Source of the DNA: Desulfomonilia bacterium
GTDB taxonomy: Bacteria > Desulfobacterota > Desulfomonilia > UBA1062
Assembly (NCBI GenBank): GCA_050014195.1
Contig: JBEKDT010000008.1
Coordinates: 96,001-160,000, forward strand
DNA: 64,000 bases
Direction of reading: 5' to 3'
Shown here: one piece after another, positions 28,534 through 38,678 of the stretch
Layout: each line of letters opens with the position of its first letter
Numbering within the stretch: the stretch's first letter is position 1
Program-made: the position numbers and the translations under genes
The notes under the pieces: model-generated
Seen by the model: the letters and a program-made list of their open reading frames with translations, nothing else
The model's database searches: none
What the model was told of the DNA's origin: nothing

Positions 28534-29931
28534 TCACTCGTCGTCACTTCTTTTCCATTTCGCATAATTCACTAAATAGCCAAGGGCCTTAATCGCCTTG
28601 CGAGTAGTGGGGTAGAAAGGGATGCCGTGCATCTCGGTGAGGGCACCAAGCTGCCTGACCGCCTCGGATGATGGGCCGTAAGACCATGACGTAACCGGTT
28701 TTCTTAAGTTGGCACCCATATGGGAGAGTGTGCAATCGTAGATCTCCGGTGTGAGGTAGCTGCTGATGTAGGTGTTTAAATAAACACAATCGATGCCCTC
28801 ATCGGCCATGAGGATATCAAAACACTGTTCGTAATAGGAGAAGAGGTTGGGTCCGCCTGTGGCCGATGCTGGCCCAAGGTCGATGGGATGGCCGGACAAG
28901 GTGTGACTAATCTGCAGGAGATCTTCCCTGCTGTTCCGGCTCAGCTCGCCGGGTACAAGTCCGCATTGTGCCGCTATATCGATGCACTGGATGCCGATGG
29001 CTCCGGTGAGGCTGATGATGCCGATGCGGTTCCCCACAGGAAGAGGCTGCGAGAGAAAGACCTTCGCAACCTCCAGCAGGTCTTCGTAATCTTCCACCCT
29101 GATGATTCCCGCCTGTCGAAAAAGTGCATCATAGAGACCGTCCCGGCCGGCAATACTCCCGGTATGAGAGGCCATGGCCCGGGCCGCCTCGCTGCTCCTG
29201 CCGCCCTTGAGACAGAGGATGGGCTTGCTCTTCGAGACCCTTCGAGCTGTTTCTCGGAGAGCCTTTGCGCGCCATGTATGTTCCAGGTAGAGGCCGATCA
29301 CCTTTGTATCCGGGTCAGCCTCGAGGTATTCGAGGCTGTCGACCTCATCTATGTCGCACATATTGCCCAGGTCGATGATGGTATTGATACCGAACGCATA
29401 CTCATTCAGCGCCGTTGCCTGCGGGCCGTACATGCCAGTCTGGGTGATAATGGACAGGCCGCCCTTGGGAGGAAGGATGCAGCCTTTCTCGTAGGGGATG
29501 GTGCTGACGCCTGAATGAGGCTTATATATCCCGAGTGTGTTGGGCCCGATGATGCGGATGCCCATTGCACGGGCTATTTCAACGATCTCGTCCTGGCGGG
29601 CCCTGCCGTCGTCCCCGTTCTCGGCAAAACCATCGGATATCACCACAACCGCCTTGACCCCCTTGCTGCCGCAGGCCTTAAGAATCCCCGGCACGGAGCG
29701 ATACGAAGTGGCAATCACTGCAAGGTCCACTCTCCCTTCCACCTGGGAAATGTCAGGGTAGACCTTCAAACCATAGACTGATTGAGCGGTTGGGTGGATA
29801 GGGTGGATGGAGCCGGTATACCCAAGCCCCTTAAGCTCTTTTACCACGACACCGGCGCCGAAAAACCAGTCTTCCTTCATACTCCCGAATACTGCAATAC
29901 CTTGGGGCTGGAAAAAATATGTGAGCTTCAT
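28534..29931 (-). CDS. Acyl-CoA synthetase (NDP-forming) alpha subunit / CoA-binding protein
   Basis: FFQPQGIAVFG, GFAE, IIGPNTLG, DLGNMCDIDE, ASHTGS (phospho-His). Confidence 0.88.
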   Translation of the reverse strand: MKLTYFFQPQGIAVFGSMKEDWFFGAGVVVKELKGLGYTGSIHPIHPTAQSVYGLKVYPDISQVEGRVDLAVIATSYRSVPGILKACGSKGVKAVVVISDGFAENGDDGRARQDEIVEIARAMGIRIIGPNTLGIYKPHSGVSTIPYEKGCILPPKGGLSIITQTGMYGPQATALNEYAFGINTIIDLGNMCDIDEVDSLEYLEADPDTKVIGLYLEHTWRAKALRETARRVSKSKPILCLKGGRSSEAARAMASHTGSIAGRDGLYDALFRQAGIIRVEDYEDLLEVAKVFLSQPLPVGNRIGIISLTGAIGIQCIDIAAQCGLVPGELSRNSREDLLQISHTLSGHPIDLGPASATGGPNLFSYYEQCFDILMADEGIDCVYLNTYISSYLTPEIYDCTLSHMGANLRKPVTSWSYGPSSEAVRQLGALTEMHGIPFYPTTRKAIKALGYLVNYAKWKRSDDE

Positions 29932-29963
29932 AAGGATATTCCATTTGATGAATTCAATAATGC

Positions 29964-31085
29964 TTATGCGGCCTCGGGGCTGTGTTCGGAATACATCCTC
30001 GGGACCCGTCTGCTCATGTCGCAGGTGACCTCATAGGCTATGGTGCCGCACCATGATGCAACAGTGGCTGCCGTAATGGTGTCCGGGCCGAACATGATCA
30101 CCTCCTGGCCCACAGGGTATGTGTCATCGCCTAGGTCGATGAGGGTCTGGTCCATACAGATCCTCCCTACTACGGGATAAGTCTTGCTTGCGATGAGAAC
30201 TTTTGCGGTGTTGGACAGTGCCCTGGGATACCCGTCCGCATAACCGATGGGTATGGTGGCGATGGTAGTGTCCCGTTCGGGCCGGTAGGTAAGGCCGTAG
30301 GAGAGCCCGGTGCCTTTTTTCACCCTCTTGATGAACATGATGCCTGTCTTCAGGGTCATGGCAGGCCGCACATCGAGCTCTTTTAGCATATCTTCTGAAG
30401 GGTAGAGACCGTAGCACAGGATCCCCGGCCGGACCATATCCATGAAGGACTCCCGATGATTGATTACGGCGCCTGAGTTTGCGCAGTGGCGCAGCCCCAC
30501 ATTGATCTTCATGATGGCCAGCCTGTTGGAAAGATCGATAAATTGCCTAATTTGTGTGGCGGTGAACTCGCTTCCGATGACATCGGATAGCGGAAAGTGT
30601 GTATAGAGCCCCGAGATGGTGATCTCACGCAAGGAGGCAAGGTGTTCTATAACGGGAATGGTCTTCTCCGGCGGCAACCCGAGCCTGCCCATGCCCGTAT
30701 CGGTCTTGATATGCACGGCTATGGAACGGTTCCATCTGTGTGCACCCTGGACTAAAGCCTCTACCGGAGACATATCCACGAGTGTTGGTGTCAGGTCATA
30801 TGAGAATACCGAGTCGACATCATCCTGAGAAGAGGTGATCAGGCCGAAATTGAGAATGGGAAGCACAACGCCCGCCTTCCTGAGCTGTAAGCCCTCTTCG
30901 ATGCAGCTTACGCCCAGCATGTCCACGAGGGCCTTTTCCTGGACGAACCGGCCCACGGTCTCGGCGCCGTGTCCGTACGCATCGGCCTTGATGGCCATCA
31001 TGACACGGCCTTTGGTGCGGGACCTGATGAGCTCGATGTTGTGCTTGATGGCCGAGAGGTCGATCTCAACCCGTGTGGGCCGCAT
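29964..31085 (-). CDS. alr: Alanine racemase
   Basis: AIKADAYGHG (PLP lysine), HIKTDTGMGRLG, GYADGY, VGRICMD. Confidence 0.97.
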   Translation of the reverse strand: MRPTRVEIDLSAIKHNIELIRSRTKGRVMMAIKADAYGHGAETVGRFVQEKALVDMLGVSCIEEGLQLRKAGVVLPILNFGLITSSQDDVDSVFSYDLTPTLVDMSPVEALVQGAHRWNRSIAVHIKTDTGMGRLGLPPEKTIPVIEHLASLREITISGLYTHFPLSDVIGSEFTATQIRQFIDLSNRLAIMKINVGLRHCANSGAVINHRESFMDMVRPGILCYGLYPSEDMLKELDVRPAMTLKTGIMFIKRVKKGTGLSYGLTYRPERDTTIATIPIGYADGYPRALSNTAKVLIASKTYPVVGRICMDQTLIDLGDDTYPVGQEVIMFGPDTITAATVASWCGTIAYEVTCDMSRRVPRMYSEHSPEAA

Positions 31086-31094
31086 GCGCCTCCT

Positions 31095-32288
31095 TTAGTC
31101 AGCCTTCTTGCGCAGGAATGTCGGTACGTTGTACAGATCCTGGTCCAGCACGCTCTCATCCACCACCATGCCGAGTTTGATGACCTCCTTCTCTTTCTCT
31201 TCCTTCTGCTCTCTTCTTCTCATGAATGCGGGTTTGGTGTAGTCGATGACCGATGCATTTTGCTGGTCTCTTGTTGTTTGATTTTGCTGATGGACCCTGC
31301 CCTTGTCCATGCCGGAAGAGAGCACGATGGGCTTGCCGGCGAATCCTGTAGCCACGACGGTGATGGATATCTGGTCGGTCATTGTTTCGTCGATGACCAC
31401 GCCCCAGATGATGTTTGCATCGTCATGGGCTGCGGCTTGTATGAGCGAGGAGGCCTCGTGGATCTCGTTCATGGTGATGCTGGGGCCGCCGGTGATATTG
31501 ATGAGCAGGCCCTTGGCACCATGGATGTCCATGTCCTCGAGCAGCGGGGAAGAGATGGCCGCCTGGGCTGCATTGGCCGCCCGGTTCTCTCCGCTGCCGC
31601 AACCGATGCCCATAAGGGCCTTGCCTTTTTCGATCATGACTGCCTTGACATCGTTGAAGTCTACATTTACCAGCCCGGTGTTGTTGATGAGGTCGGAGAT
31701 GCCCTTGACCGCGTTGATGAGGATATCGTCCGCCATCTTGAAGGCATCGAGAAGGGGCACATTCTTGCCCGCCATGCTCAGCAGGCGGTTGTTGGGGATG
31801 ACGATGAGGGCGTCAACATTCTCGGCAAGCTCTTTTTCACCGATTTCGGCCTGGTTCATCTTGCGCTTGCCCTCGAAGGGGAAGGGCTTGGTAACCACTG
31901 CAACAGTGAGTATACCCAGGTCCTTGGCTATCTGTGCCACAACCGGGGAGGCGCCGGTCCCGGTACCTCCGCCCATGCCTGCGGTGATGAAGACCATATC
32001 GGTGTCTTCGAGGGCGGACCTCAAATCTTTCTCGCTCTCCAGGGCTGCGCTCCTGCCTGTCTCCGGACTTCCGCCCGCACCGAGGCCCCTGGTGAGCTTG
32101 GTTCCTATCTGTACGCGGTTTGACGACAAGGATGATTTCAACGTCTGGATATCGGTGTTACACGCGAGGAACTCAACGCATTTCAGCTTGGCGTTGATCA
32201 TGTTGTTCACTGCATTACAGCCGCAGCCACCGACCCCGATAACCTTTATTTGAGCCCCTGCACACTCTATTTTCTCCAATTCAAACAT
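31095..32288 (-). CDS. ftsZ: Cell division protein FtsZ
   Basis: GMGGGTGTG, VTKPFPFEG, NVDFNDV, C-terminal VPTFLRK; start ATG 32288. Confidence 0.98.
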   Translation of the reverse strand: MFELEKIECAGAQIKVIGVGGCGCNAVNNMINAKLKCVEFLACNTDIQTLKSSLSSNRVQIGTKLTRGLGAGGSPETGRSAALESEKDLRSALEDTDMVFITAGMGGGTGTGASPVVAQIAKDLGILTVAVVTKPFPFEGKRKMNQAEIGEKELAENVDALIVIPNNRLLSMAGKNVPLLDAFKMADDILINAVKGISDLINNTGLVNVDFNDVKAVMIEKGKALMGIGCGSGENRAANAAQAAISSPLLEDMDIHGAKGLLINITGGPSITMNEIHEASSLIQAAAHDDANIIWGVVIDETMTDQISITVVATGFAGKPIVLSSGMDKGRVHQQNQTTRDQQNASVIDYTKPAFMRRREQKEEKEKEVIKLGMVVDESVLDQDLYNVPTFLRKKAD

Positions 32289-32305
32289 AAGCACCCCCCT
32301 AGCAG

Positions 32306-33532
32306 TTAAAAGACTTCCTTAAACCAGCTGATAATTCTTTCAAAAATCCTCTCGAAGACATTGGTGCCTTTCGGTTTGAAGCTGTAAGATGGTTTTCCGG
32401 CCTCATACACGCACAGGCCTACGGCAGTTGCATAGGCCGGGCTGTTCACCAGTTCCACAAGTCCCTTTACTCCCCTGGGCAACCCCACCCGAACAGGCAT
32501 ATGCATGATGCTCTCGGCCAGCTCGGCCACTCCCTCCAATGAGCTTGCGCCCCCGGTGAGCACAAGTCCTGCCGACATTGTTTCTAGTAACCCGGTGTTC
32601 CTGATTTCATTATAGGCGAGTTTGAAAAGTTCTTCCACCCTGGATTCGATGATTTCGGCCAATATTCTTCTAGGCACCATGTTCACCGTGTCGCCGCCGA
32701 TGGATGGCACCTCGATCTGTTCATCAGGCGATACCCGCGAGGCGATGGCATGGCCGTATTTGATCTTGAGCCGCTCCGCCTCGGCGATGGGGCAGCGCAA
32801 GCCCACGGCAATGTCATTGGTGATGTTGTCACCGCCCAATGCCAGCACTGAGGTATGCCGGATGGCGCCTTCATTGAAGACTGCGATGTCCGTTGTACCG
32901 CCGCCGATATCCATGAGGATTACCCCGAGCTGCATTTCATCTACAGTCAGGATGGCGGCGGAGGATGCGATCTGTTGGAGCACGATGTCCTGGAGCCCTA
33001 GCCCTGCCTTCTGCGCGCACTTGGTGATGTTGCTTACCGCAGAGACAGAACCGGTGACAATGTGCACCCTGGCCTCCAAGCGTGATCCCGCCATACCCAC
33101 GGGGTTTATGATGCCGGAGATGTCATCCACGGTGAACTCCTGGGGGAGGACATGGATGATCTCAACACCTACGGGTTTTGCAAAGTCTTTGGCCTGGTCC
33201 ACGACCCTGCGTCTCTCGATTTCCGTGATCTCGTCGCCTTTGATGGCTATGACCGCGCTGGTGCTGATGCCCTGGATATGGCCGCCGGCGATACCGGTAT
33301 ACACCTCATCAACCCTGATCCCCGCCATGCGTTCTGCATCCTCCACACAACCGTGAATAGCCCCTACGGTCTGCTCCATGTTCACGACAAGACCCCGTCT
33401 GAGCCCCTTGGATTCGGAAAGTCCGAACCCGATGACCTCAAGCTCGCCGGCTTCATTCATCTCGGTGATGAGGCAGCAGATCTTTGTTGTCCCGATGTCC
33501 AGCCCGACTATGATCCTATCCCTGGCTGCCAT
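32306..33532 (-). CDS. ftsA: Cell division protein FtsA
   Basis: GLDIGTTKI, DIGGGTTDIA, VLTGGAS, YATAVGL, amphipathic C-terminus. Confidence 0.97.
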   Translation of the reverse strand: MAARDRIIVGLDIGTTKICCLITEMNEAGELEVIGFGLSESKGLRRGLVVNMEQTVGAIHGCVEDAERMAGIRVDEVYTGIAGGHIQGISTSAVIAIKGDEITEIERRRVVDQAKDFAKPVGVEIIHVLPQEFTVDDISGIINPVGMAGSRLEARVHIVTGSVSAVSNITKCAQKAGLGLQDIVLQQIASSAAILTVDEMQLGVILMDIGGGTTDIAVFNEGAIRHTSVLALGGDNITNDIAVGLRCPIAEAERLKIKYGHAIASRVSPDEQIEVPSIGGDTVNMVPRRILAEIIESRVEELFKLAYNEIRNTGLLETMSAGLVLTGGASSLEGVAELAESIMHMPVRVGLPRGVKGLVELVNSPAYATAVGLCVYEAGKPSYSFKPKGTNVFERIFERIISWFKEVF

Positions 33533-34304
33533 GTACACCCCTGTTCCTGAGCACTATCTTGTCATCACACCTCAGATCCATAACACTTCCTTCCGGAGGA
33601 TTCAGTTTTGCTATCGTCTTGACGGCCATAGCCACCTTCATCGGTGTCATCTGGCCAAAGGTGGTGAGCGTTATTCCGTTTGTGAGCCTGAGGGCAATAA
33701 TACCACCCGGTTCGATGAGGACGTTGCTCACCTGAAGTCCTTTGGACTGAACCAGCGTTGCAGCGTCAATGGCATAGTTCAGGACCTGGCCAAGGCCCTG
33801 CTTCATATCCTGCTGTGTATAATCCTTTGCGCTGATCACAAGCCCGTTATAGGCATCCGGGGAGGAGATGAACACAAGGCCCTCTTCCGAGATCAGATAC
33901 GGTCTGTCTTTAAGGAGGAGCGTCGCCTTTGGCTTGTGTTCAACGATCTCGACGTCCACCGATGCGGGAACAAAACTCCTTGAGATGCTAACGTCTTTAA
34001 TCCATGGGTGATTTTGCAGTCTCTTCCTTGCCTTGTTCATATTCCAGGACAGTACATTATCTCCTTGTTCTATGTCCAGTAAAGTAAGAACCTCATCCGC
34101 TTTTACATGGAAATTGCCCTTGATGTTGATATGCTTGACATGAAAGACCGCCGAGTTGCTGATATAGGCCGCAGCGCACACAGTGATGAGAAGCCCTGAT
34201 ATGCCGATGCATATCCATATGAAAAACCTCAGGATGGTGTTTATCTGGGAGATGGTCTTTTTTTTGGAAGGGATTTTTACCCGTTCCTTGAAGTCACTGA
34301 CCAA
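33516..34304 (-). CDS. ftsQ: Cell division protein FtsQ/DivIB
   Basis: Single TM helix, POTRA-like region (HPWIKDVSISR), DLR near C-terminus; dcw position. Confidence 0.85.
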   Translation of the reverse strand: MVSDFKERVKIPSKKKTISQINTILRFFIWICIGISGLLITVCAAAYISNSAVFHVKHINIKGNFHVKADEVLTLLDIEQGDNVLSWNMNKARKRLQNHPWIKDVSISRSFVPASVDVEIVEHKPKATLLLKDRPYLISEEGLVFISSPDAYNGLVISAKDYTQQDMKQGLGQVLNYAIDAATLVQSKGLQVSNVLIEPGGIIALRLTNGITLTTFGQMTPMKVAMAVKTIAKLNPPEGSVMDLRCDDKIVLRNRGVHGSQG

Positions 34305-35133
34305 TGATCTTCACCTCCTCCGTGAGTGCTATCCCGAATTGCCCCATAATTCTTTCCTTGATAAGCCTGATAAGTTCCTGAATGTCGCGCGATGTTGCAG
34401 TGCCGTCGTTGATGATGAAGTTGGCGTGGATCTCGGACACCCGGGCCCCGCCGACTTTGTGCCCCTTAAAACCTGCCTTCTCGATGAGCATACCGGCAGG
34501 CATCTCTTTCGGGTTTCTAAAGATTGAGCCGCAGCTGAATCCACGGGGCTGGGTGCGTTTCTTGATGATAAAGGGCAGTATGGTCTTTCGTACCTTTTCT
34601 TTCGTCGACCGGCTCAGGACAAGTTTTGCCGAGGTGATGACCGTATTGGCCGGGATGCCGCTTCTGCGATAGCCGTAGTCAAGATCTTTTCTCTTTAATG
34701 TGTGAACACCCGAGCTGTTTACTACCTCAACCTCAAAGGCGGCATCGAGGATACCATGTTCCGGGGTTCCGGCATTCATGAAAAGGGCACCGCCAAGCAT
34801 ACCGGGGATCCCCGCCATGAATTCGATCCCTGACAAAGAGTTTCTCACGCAATAGGAAACAAGCCGCTTCATGGGCACAGCTGCACCTGCGGCAAGTCCT
34901 CCGGGGGTCAAGGCTATTCCGGCGAACTCTCTGCCCAGGCGGATGACGGGTTTTACGATTCTCATATCCTCAAATATGGTATTGGTCCCTCCGCCCAGGA
35001 TGTGGAAGTCTTTAACCCCTTTGACAAGCTCTGCAAGTTCTTGGGTGTTCTCGGGTTCATAGATGCGCTCGATGGTTCCCCCGCAGTGCATGGAGGTAAC
35101 ATCGTGTGCTTGAACTTTCTCGATCATCCTCAT
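34294..35133 (-). CDS. murB: UDP-N-acetylenolpyruvoylglucosamine reductase
   Basis: GIPGMLGGALFMNAG, QP..SCGSIFRNP, SEIHANFIIN. Confidence 0.93.
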   Translation of the reverse strand: MRMIEKVQAHDVTSMHCGGTIERIYEPENTQELAELVKGVKDFHILGGGTNTIFEDMRIVKPVIRLGREFAGIALTPGGLAAGAAVPMKRLVSYCVRNSLSGIEFMAGIPGMLGGALFMNAGTPEHGILDAAFEVEVVNSSGVHTLKRKDLDYGYRRSGIPANTVITSAKLVLSRSTKEKVRKTILPFIIKKRTQPRGFSCGSIFRNPKEMPAGMLIEKAGFKGHKVGGARVSEIHANFIINDGTATSRDIQELIRLIKERIMGQFGIALTEEVKIIGQ

Positions 35134-36500
35134 CCAAGCCTCTCCAACACCTTAAGCCCCTGCCTCCAGACATCTCCTGCACCAAGGAAAATGACGAGAT
35201 CTCCCTCCTTGAGGTCCCCCAAAAGTGCCTCGGGTATGTCTTCCTTATTCTCTACATAGTAAGCTTCCCGATATCCGTGATTCTTGATCTCTTCAAACAG
35301 GGCATAACCGGTTACACCCTCGATGGGCCTTTCGGAGGCTGCATAGATCTCGGTGATGTAGAGCCTGGATGCATCATAAAAGGAGTTGACGAACGCATCG
35401 AAGAGATCCCTGGTCCTGGTGTAGCGGTGCGGCTGGAAAACGGCGACCACCCGCCGGGCCGGGAAGCCGGTTTTGATGGCGGCAAGGGTCATCCTTATCT
35501 CGGTGGGGTGGTGGCCGTAGTCGTCCATGACGGTGATGCCCTTCTTCTCGCCGCGGATATGGCACCTTCTCTGGACGCCTTTAAAGGCGGAGAGGCCTTT
35601 ACGGATAAGTTCGAAATCGATGCCGAGCTCTAGGGCGGTGCCGATGGCGGCCAGTGCATTGAGGCAGTTGTGCTTGCCCGGTACGCCAAGGGTCACTTCA
35701 CCCAGGGTGGATCCATTGCGATGGGCTATGAACTTGGTGTCAAGCCCGGTGAAACAAGGCTCGGTATAGCGGTAGACTGCCTGGGTGTGAGATCCGTAGG
35801 TAATGATCTTGCGCTCGAGCCGCGGCAGGATATGCTGGATATTGGCATCGTCCAGGCAGACCATGTCGAAACCGAAGAACGGCACCTTGTTGAGAAACTG
35901 CACATAGGTGTCGCGGATATCGTCTATATCGCGGTAGCAGTCCATGTGCTCCTCTTCTATATTCGTGACCACCGCCACAATGGGTGCCAGCTTGAGGAAT
36001 GAGCGATCGCTCTCATCGGCCTCGGCCACCAGCAACTCGCCGTCGCCGAGCCTGGCGTTGGACCCGAACATGTCGAGCCTGCCGCCGATGATGGCCGTAG
36101 GGTCTTTTTCAGCCACGGCCAGGATGGTAGCCAGCATGGAGGTGGTGGTGGTTTTGCCGTGGGTGCCGGCGATGGCGATTGAAAACTTCATGCGCATGAG
36201 CTCTGCCAGCATCTCGGCCCTGGGGATAACGGGCAAGGCCCTGTCCTTTGCAGCAACACACTCGGTGTTGTCAAGCCCGACGGCGGAGGAGTAGACCACA
36301 ACCTGGGCATTCCCGATGTTTTCTCCTTTGTGGCCGATGTGGATGGCAGCGCCCATGGAGCGGAGCCTTTGCACGGCATCCGAGTCGGCCACGTCCGATC
36401 CGGTGATGGTAAAGCCCAAGTTGAGCAGGAGCTCGGCGATGCCGCTCATGCCGATGCCTCCGATGCCCACGAAATGGATCCTGGTAATACCCCTAAACAC
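35130..36500 (-). CDS. murC: UDP-N-acetylmuramate--L-alanine ligase
   Basis: HFVGIGGIGMSGIA, GTHGKTTTT, EADESD, DDYGHHPTE. Confidence 0.97.
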   Translation of the reverse strand: MFRGITRIHFVGIGGIGMSGIAELLLNLGFTITGSDVADSDAVQRLRSMGAAIHIGHKGENIGNAQVVVYSSAVGLDNTECVAAKDRALPVIPRAEMLAELMRMKFSIAIAGTHGKTTTTSMLATILAVAEKDPTAIIGGRLDMFGSNARLGDGELLVAEADESDRSFLKLAPIVAVVTNIEEEHMDCYRDIDDIRDTYVQFLNKVPFFGFDMVCLDDANIQHILPRLERKIITYGSHTQAVYRYTEPCFTGLDTKFIAHRNGSTLGEVTLGVPGKHNCLNALAAIGTALELGIDFELIRKGLSAFKGVQRRCHIRGEKKGITVMDDYGHHPTEIRMTLAAIKTGFPARRVVAVFQPHRYTRTRDLFDAFVNSFYDASRLYITEIYAASERPIEGVTGYALFEEIKNHGYREAYYVENKEDIPEALLGDLKEGDLVIFLGAGDVWRQGLKVLERLG

Positions 36501-37554
36501 CTAGTATCTCCCCGGCTATTCTATCAGCCCCTGCACCAAGACCGATACGCTGCATCCTGGCGGAAGCCGTTAAAAGTCCTTCATGATTGAAGAGCCTGGT
36601 TTTGATCTCAATAGCCAGCCGTTCCGGGGTCAGATGACTGTCCGGGATAAGCCAGCCGCCGCCCTGATCCGCCACATACTTGGCATTGAAGCTCTGGTGG
36701 TCATCCGTGGCATGGGGGAAGGGGACCATGATGGATGGCAGCCCTGTGGCCGAAAGCTCGGAGAGCGTGATGCCGCCGCATCTGGATACGGCAAGCTTCG
36801 CAGCACTGTAAGCGGATGCCATGTCGTCGATGAATGCATTCACGTCGGCATCTATCCCCATAGTAAGATATGCATCCTTTACCCATTGATAATCCTGTTT
36901 TCCGCTCTGGTGGATCACTTTGATTGTGATCCCGTCGCTTTTCAGAAGCGCTAAGGCCTTGGCTGCGGCCTTGTTGATGCTGCTTGCCCCGAGGCTTCCG
37001 CCGAGGATGAGCAGAGAGGATCCGTTCCCGTTTCTACTGTGGCAGGCTGAGAACTCACTGCGCAGGGGATTCCCGGTGAGCATTGTCTTGGATTTGGGGA
37101 ACTTGCCGCTCCTGTCCGGGAAAGCCAGAAATACCCGGTGGGCTATTCTGGCGAGGAGCCGGTTGGTGAGCCCGGGGATGCTGTTCTGCTCCTGGATTGC
37201 GCAACGGCAACCCAAGAATCTGCCTGAGAGTACCACCATGCCTGTGATATACCCCCCGGTTCCGATGACCCAATGGGGCCTGAATGCTTTGATGATCCTC
37301 ATTGATGTGAAAAATGCCTTTCCATTAACCATTACGGCCCGGAGGAGGTTGACCAGCGACTTGCCCTTGATGCCGAGCGCTTTGATGGGAATGAAATCCA
37401 GCCCCTTGAGCCTGGCGATGCGTTCCTCCATGCCGCGGTCCGTACCCACAAAGAGGATCTTCGCCCCGGGCAGCCTGTCCCTGAGAGCATCAGCAATGGC
37501 TATGGCAGGCATGATGTGCCCGCCTGTGCCCCCGGCTGTTATGAGCACCTTCAT
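36493..37554 (-). CDS. murG: Undecaprenyl-PP-MurNAc-pentapeptide GlcNAc transferase
   Basis: True start MKVLITAGGTGGHIMP at 37554 (the ORF track over-extends it); EQN, GGSLGA, DHQSFNA. Confidence 0.95.
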   Translation of the reverse strand: MKVLITAGGTGGHIMPAIAIADALRDRLPGAKILFVGTDRGMEERIARLKGLDFIPIKALGIKGKSLVNLLRAVMVNGKAFFTSMRIIKAFRPHWVIGTGGYITGMVVLSGRFLGCRCAIQEQNSIPGLTNRLLARIAHRVFLAFPDRSGKFPKSKTMLTGNPLRSEFSACHSRNGNGSSLLILGGSLGASSINKAAAKALALLKSDGITIKVIHQSGKQDYQWVKDAYLTMGIDADVNAFIDDMASAYSAAKLAVSRCGGITLSELSATGLPSIMVPFPHATDDHQSFNAKYVADQGGGWLIPDSHLTPERLAIEIKTRLFNHEGLLTASARMQRIGLGAGADRIAGEILGV

Positions 37555-38678
37555 AGGCGGGCCCTCCTGGAAACCGACAGGATCAGCCCGCAGATGCACA
37601 TGGTGCTTAGCAGCGGCGAACCGCCATAACTGAAGAAGGGCAGAGGTATGCCTTTGGTGGGAAGTAATGATAACGCAACGCCCATGTTGAGGATAGCCTG
37701 GAGCCCGATGAGGCAGACCCCGGCGATCACCAGGTGATATCCGAAGGAGTCGTTCGTGGCCAGGGCGATTGCAAAACCCCTCCATATCCAGACACCGAAG
37801 AGCCCTGCCACGAGGATGACCCCGATAAAGCCAAGTTCCTCCCCTACCACGGAGAGGATAAAGTCCGTATGCGGTGCAGGCAGATAGAACAGCTTCTGGG
37901 TGCCTTCGCCGAGCCCTGATCCGAAGAAGCCGCCGGAGGCGAAGGCAACCAGGGACTGGATGATTTGATAGCCGACACCCATCATGTCCTTCCAGGGGTC
38001 GAGGAATGTTGTTAATCTGATCCTCCGGTAGGGCTCCCAGAGTAACGCCCCGAGACCCAGCGGGATACCTGCACCCATGAGAATCGATAGATGCTTCCAC
38101 CTCATCCCCGCCATGAAGAGCATCATCACCGACCAGATGCCGATGGCTGCTGCCGTTCCGAAGTCCGGCTCGATGAAGATAAGCAGGCACATGATGGCCA
38201 CGATAACGAGCACCGGCATCGGGCCGTGGAGAAAGTCCCCGATATTGCGAGATTTCCGTGAAAGGAAATTGGCAACAAATAGGATGAGCGCTATCTTTGC
38301 AAGCTCGGATGCCTGAATGGTCAGGGGGCCGTATCCTATCCATCTTCTGGAGTGGCCTCCTGCATGCCCGATGTGCGGCACAAAGCAGAGCACCAGGGCA
38401 AAAGCGCTTCCCATAAGGGCAAACAGGATGATGTTCCCGGAACTGAGTTTCCGGTAATCCCAGCTCATTATGCCAAGCATGGCAACAGTACCGATAACGA
38501 CGTGTATGAGGTGCTTTTTGGTCATGACGATGCCGTTGCCGTAGAGCTCTTTTGAGACAAAATAGCTCGATGAGAATATCATCACGGTCCCCAAAACCAG
38601 CAGGGCCATGGTGGCGAGAAAGAAGACGACGTCGAAGTCTATCTCGCTCTCTTGATCTTCAAAATGCCATGGACGCAT
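37551..38678 (-). CDS. ftsW: Peptidoglycan glycosyltransferase FtsW
   Basis: RRWI, IQASELAK, EPDFG, GYQIIQS, LPAPHTDFI, LPTKGIPLPFFSYGGS. Confidence 0.95.
   Translation of the reverse strand: MRPWHFEDQESEIDFDVVFFLATMALLVLGTVMIFSSSYFVSKELYGNGIVMTKKHLIHVVIGTVAMLGIMSWDYRKLSSGNIILFALMGSAFALVLCFVPHIGHAGGHSRRWIGYGPLTIQASELAKIALILFVANFLSRKSRNIGDFLHGPMPVLVIVAIMCLLIFIEPDFGTAAAIGIWSVMMLFMAGMRWKHLSILMGAGIPLGLGALLWEPYRRIRLTTFLDPWKDMMGVGYQIIQSLVAFASGGFFGSGLGEGTQKLFYLPAPHTDFILSVVGEELGFIGVILVAGLFGVWIWRGFAIALATNDSFGYHLVIAGVCLIGLQAILNMGVALSLLPTKGIPLPFFSYGGSPLLSTMCICGLILSVSRRARL

Noticed and set aside
30969-32253. 384-aa and 316-aa plus-strand ORFs
   Set aside because: Antisense shadows of ftsZ and alr
37555-38343. 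Apparent N-terminal extension making MurG 616 aa
   Set aside because: Off-frame overlap with ftsW; MurG begins at MKVLITAGG (37554), overlapping the ftsW stop
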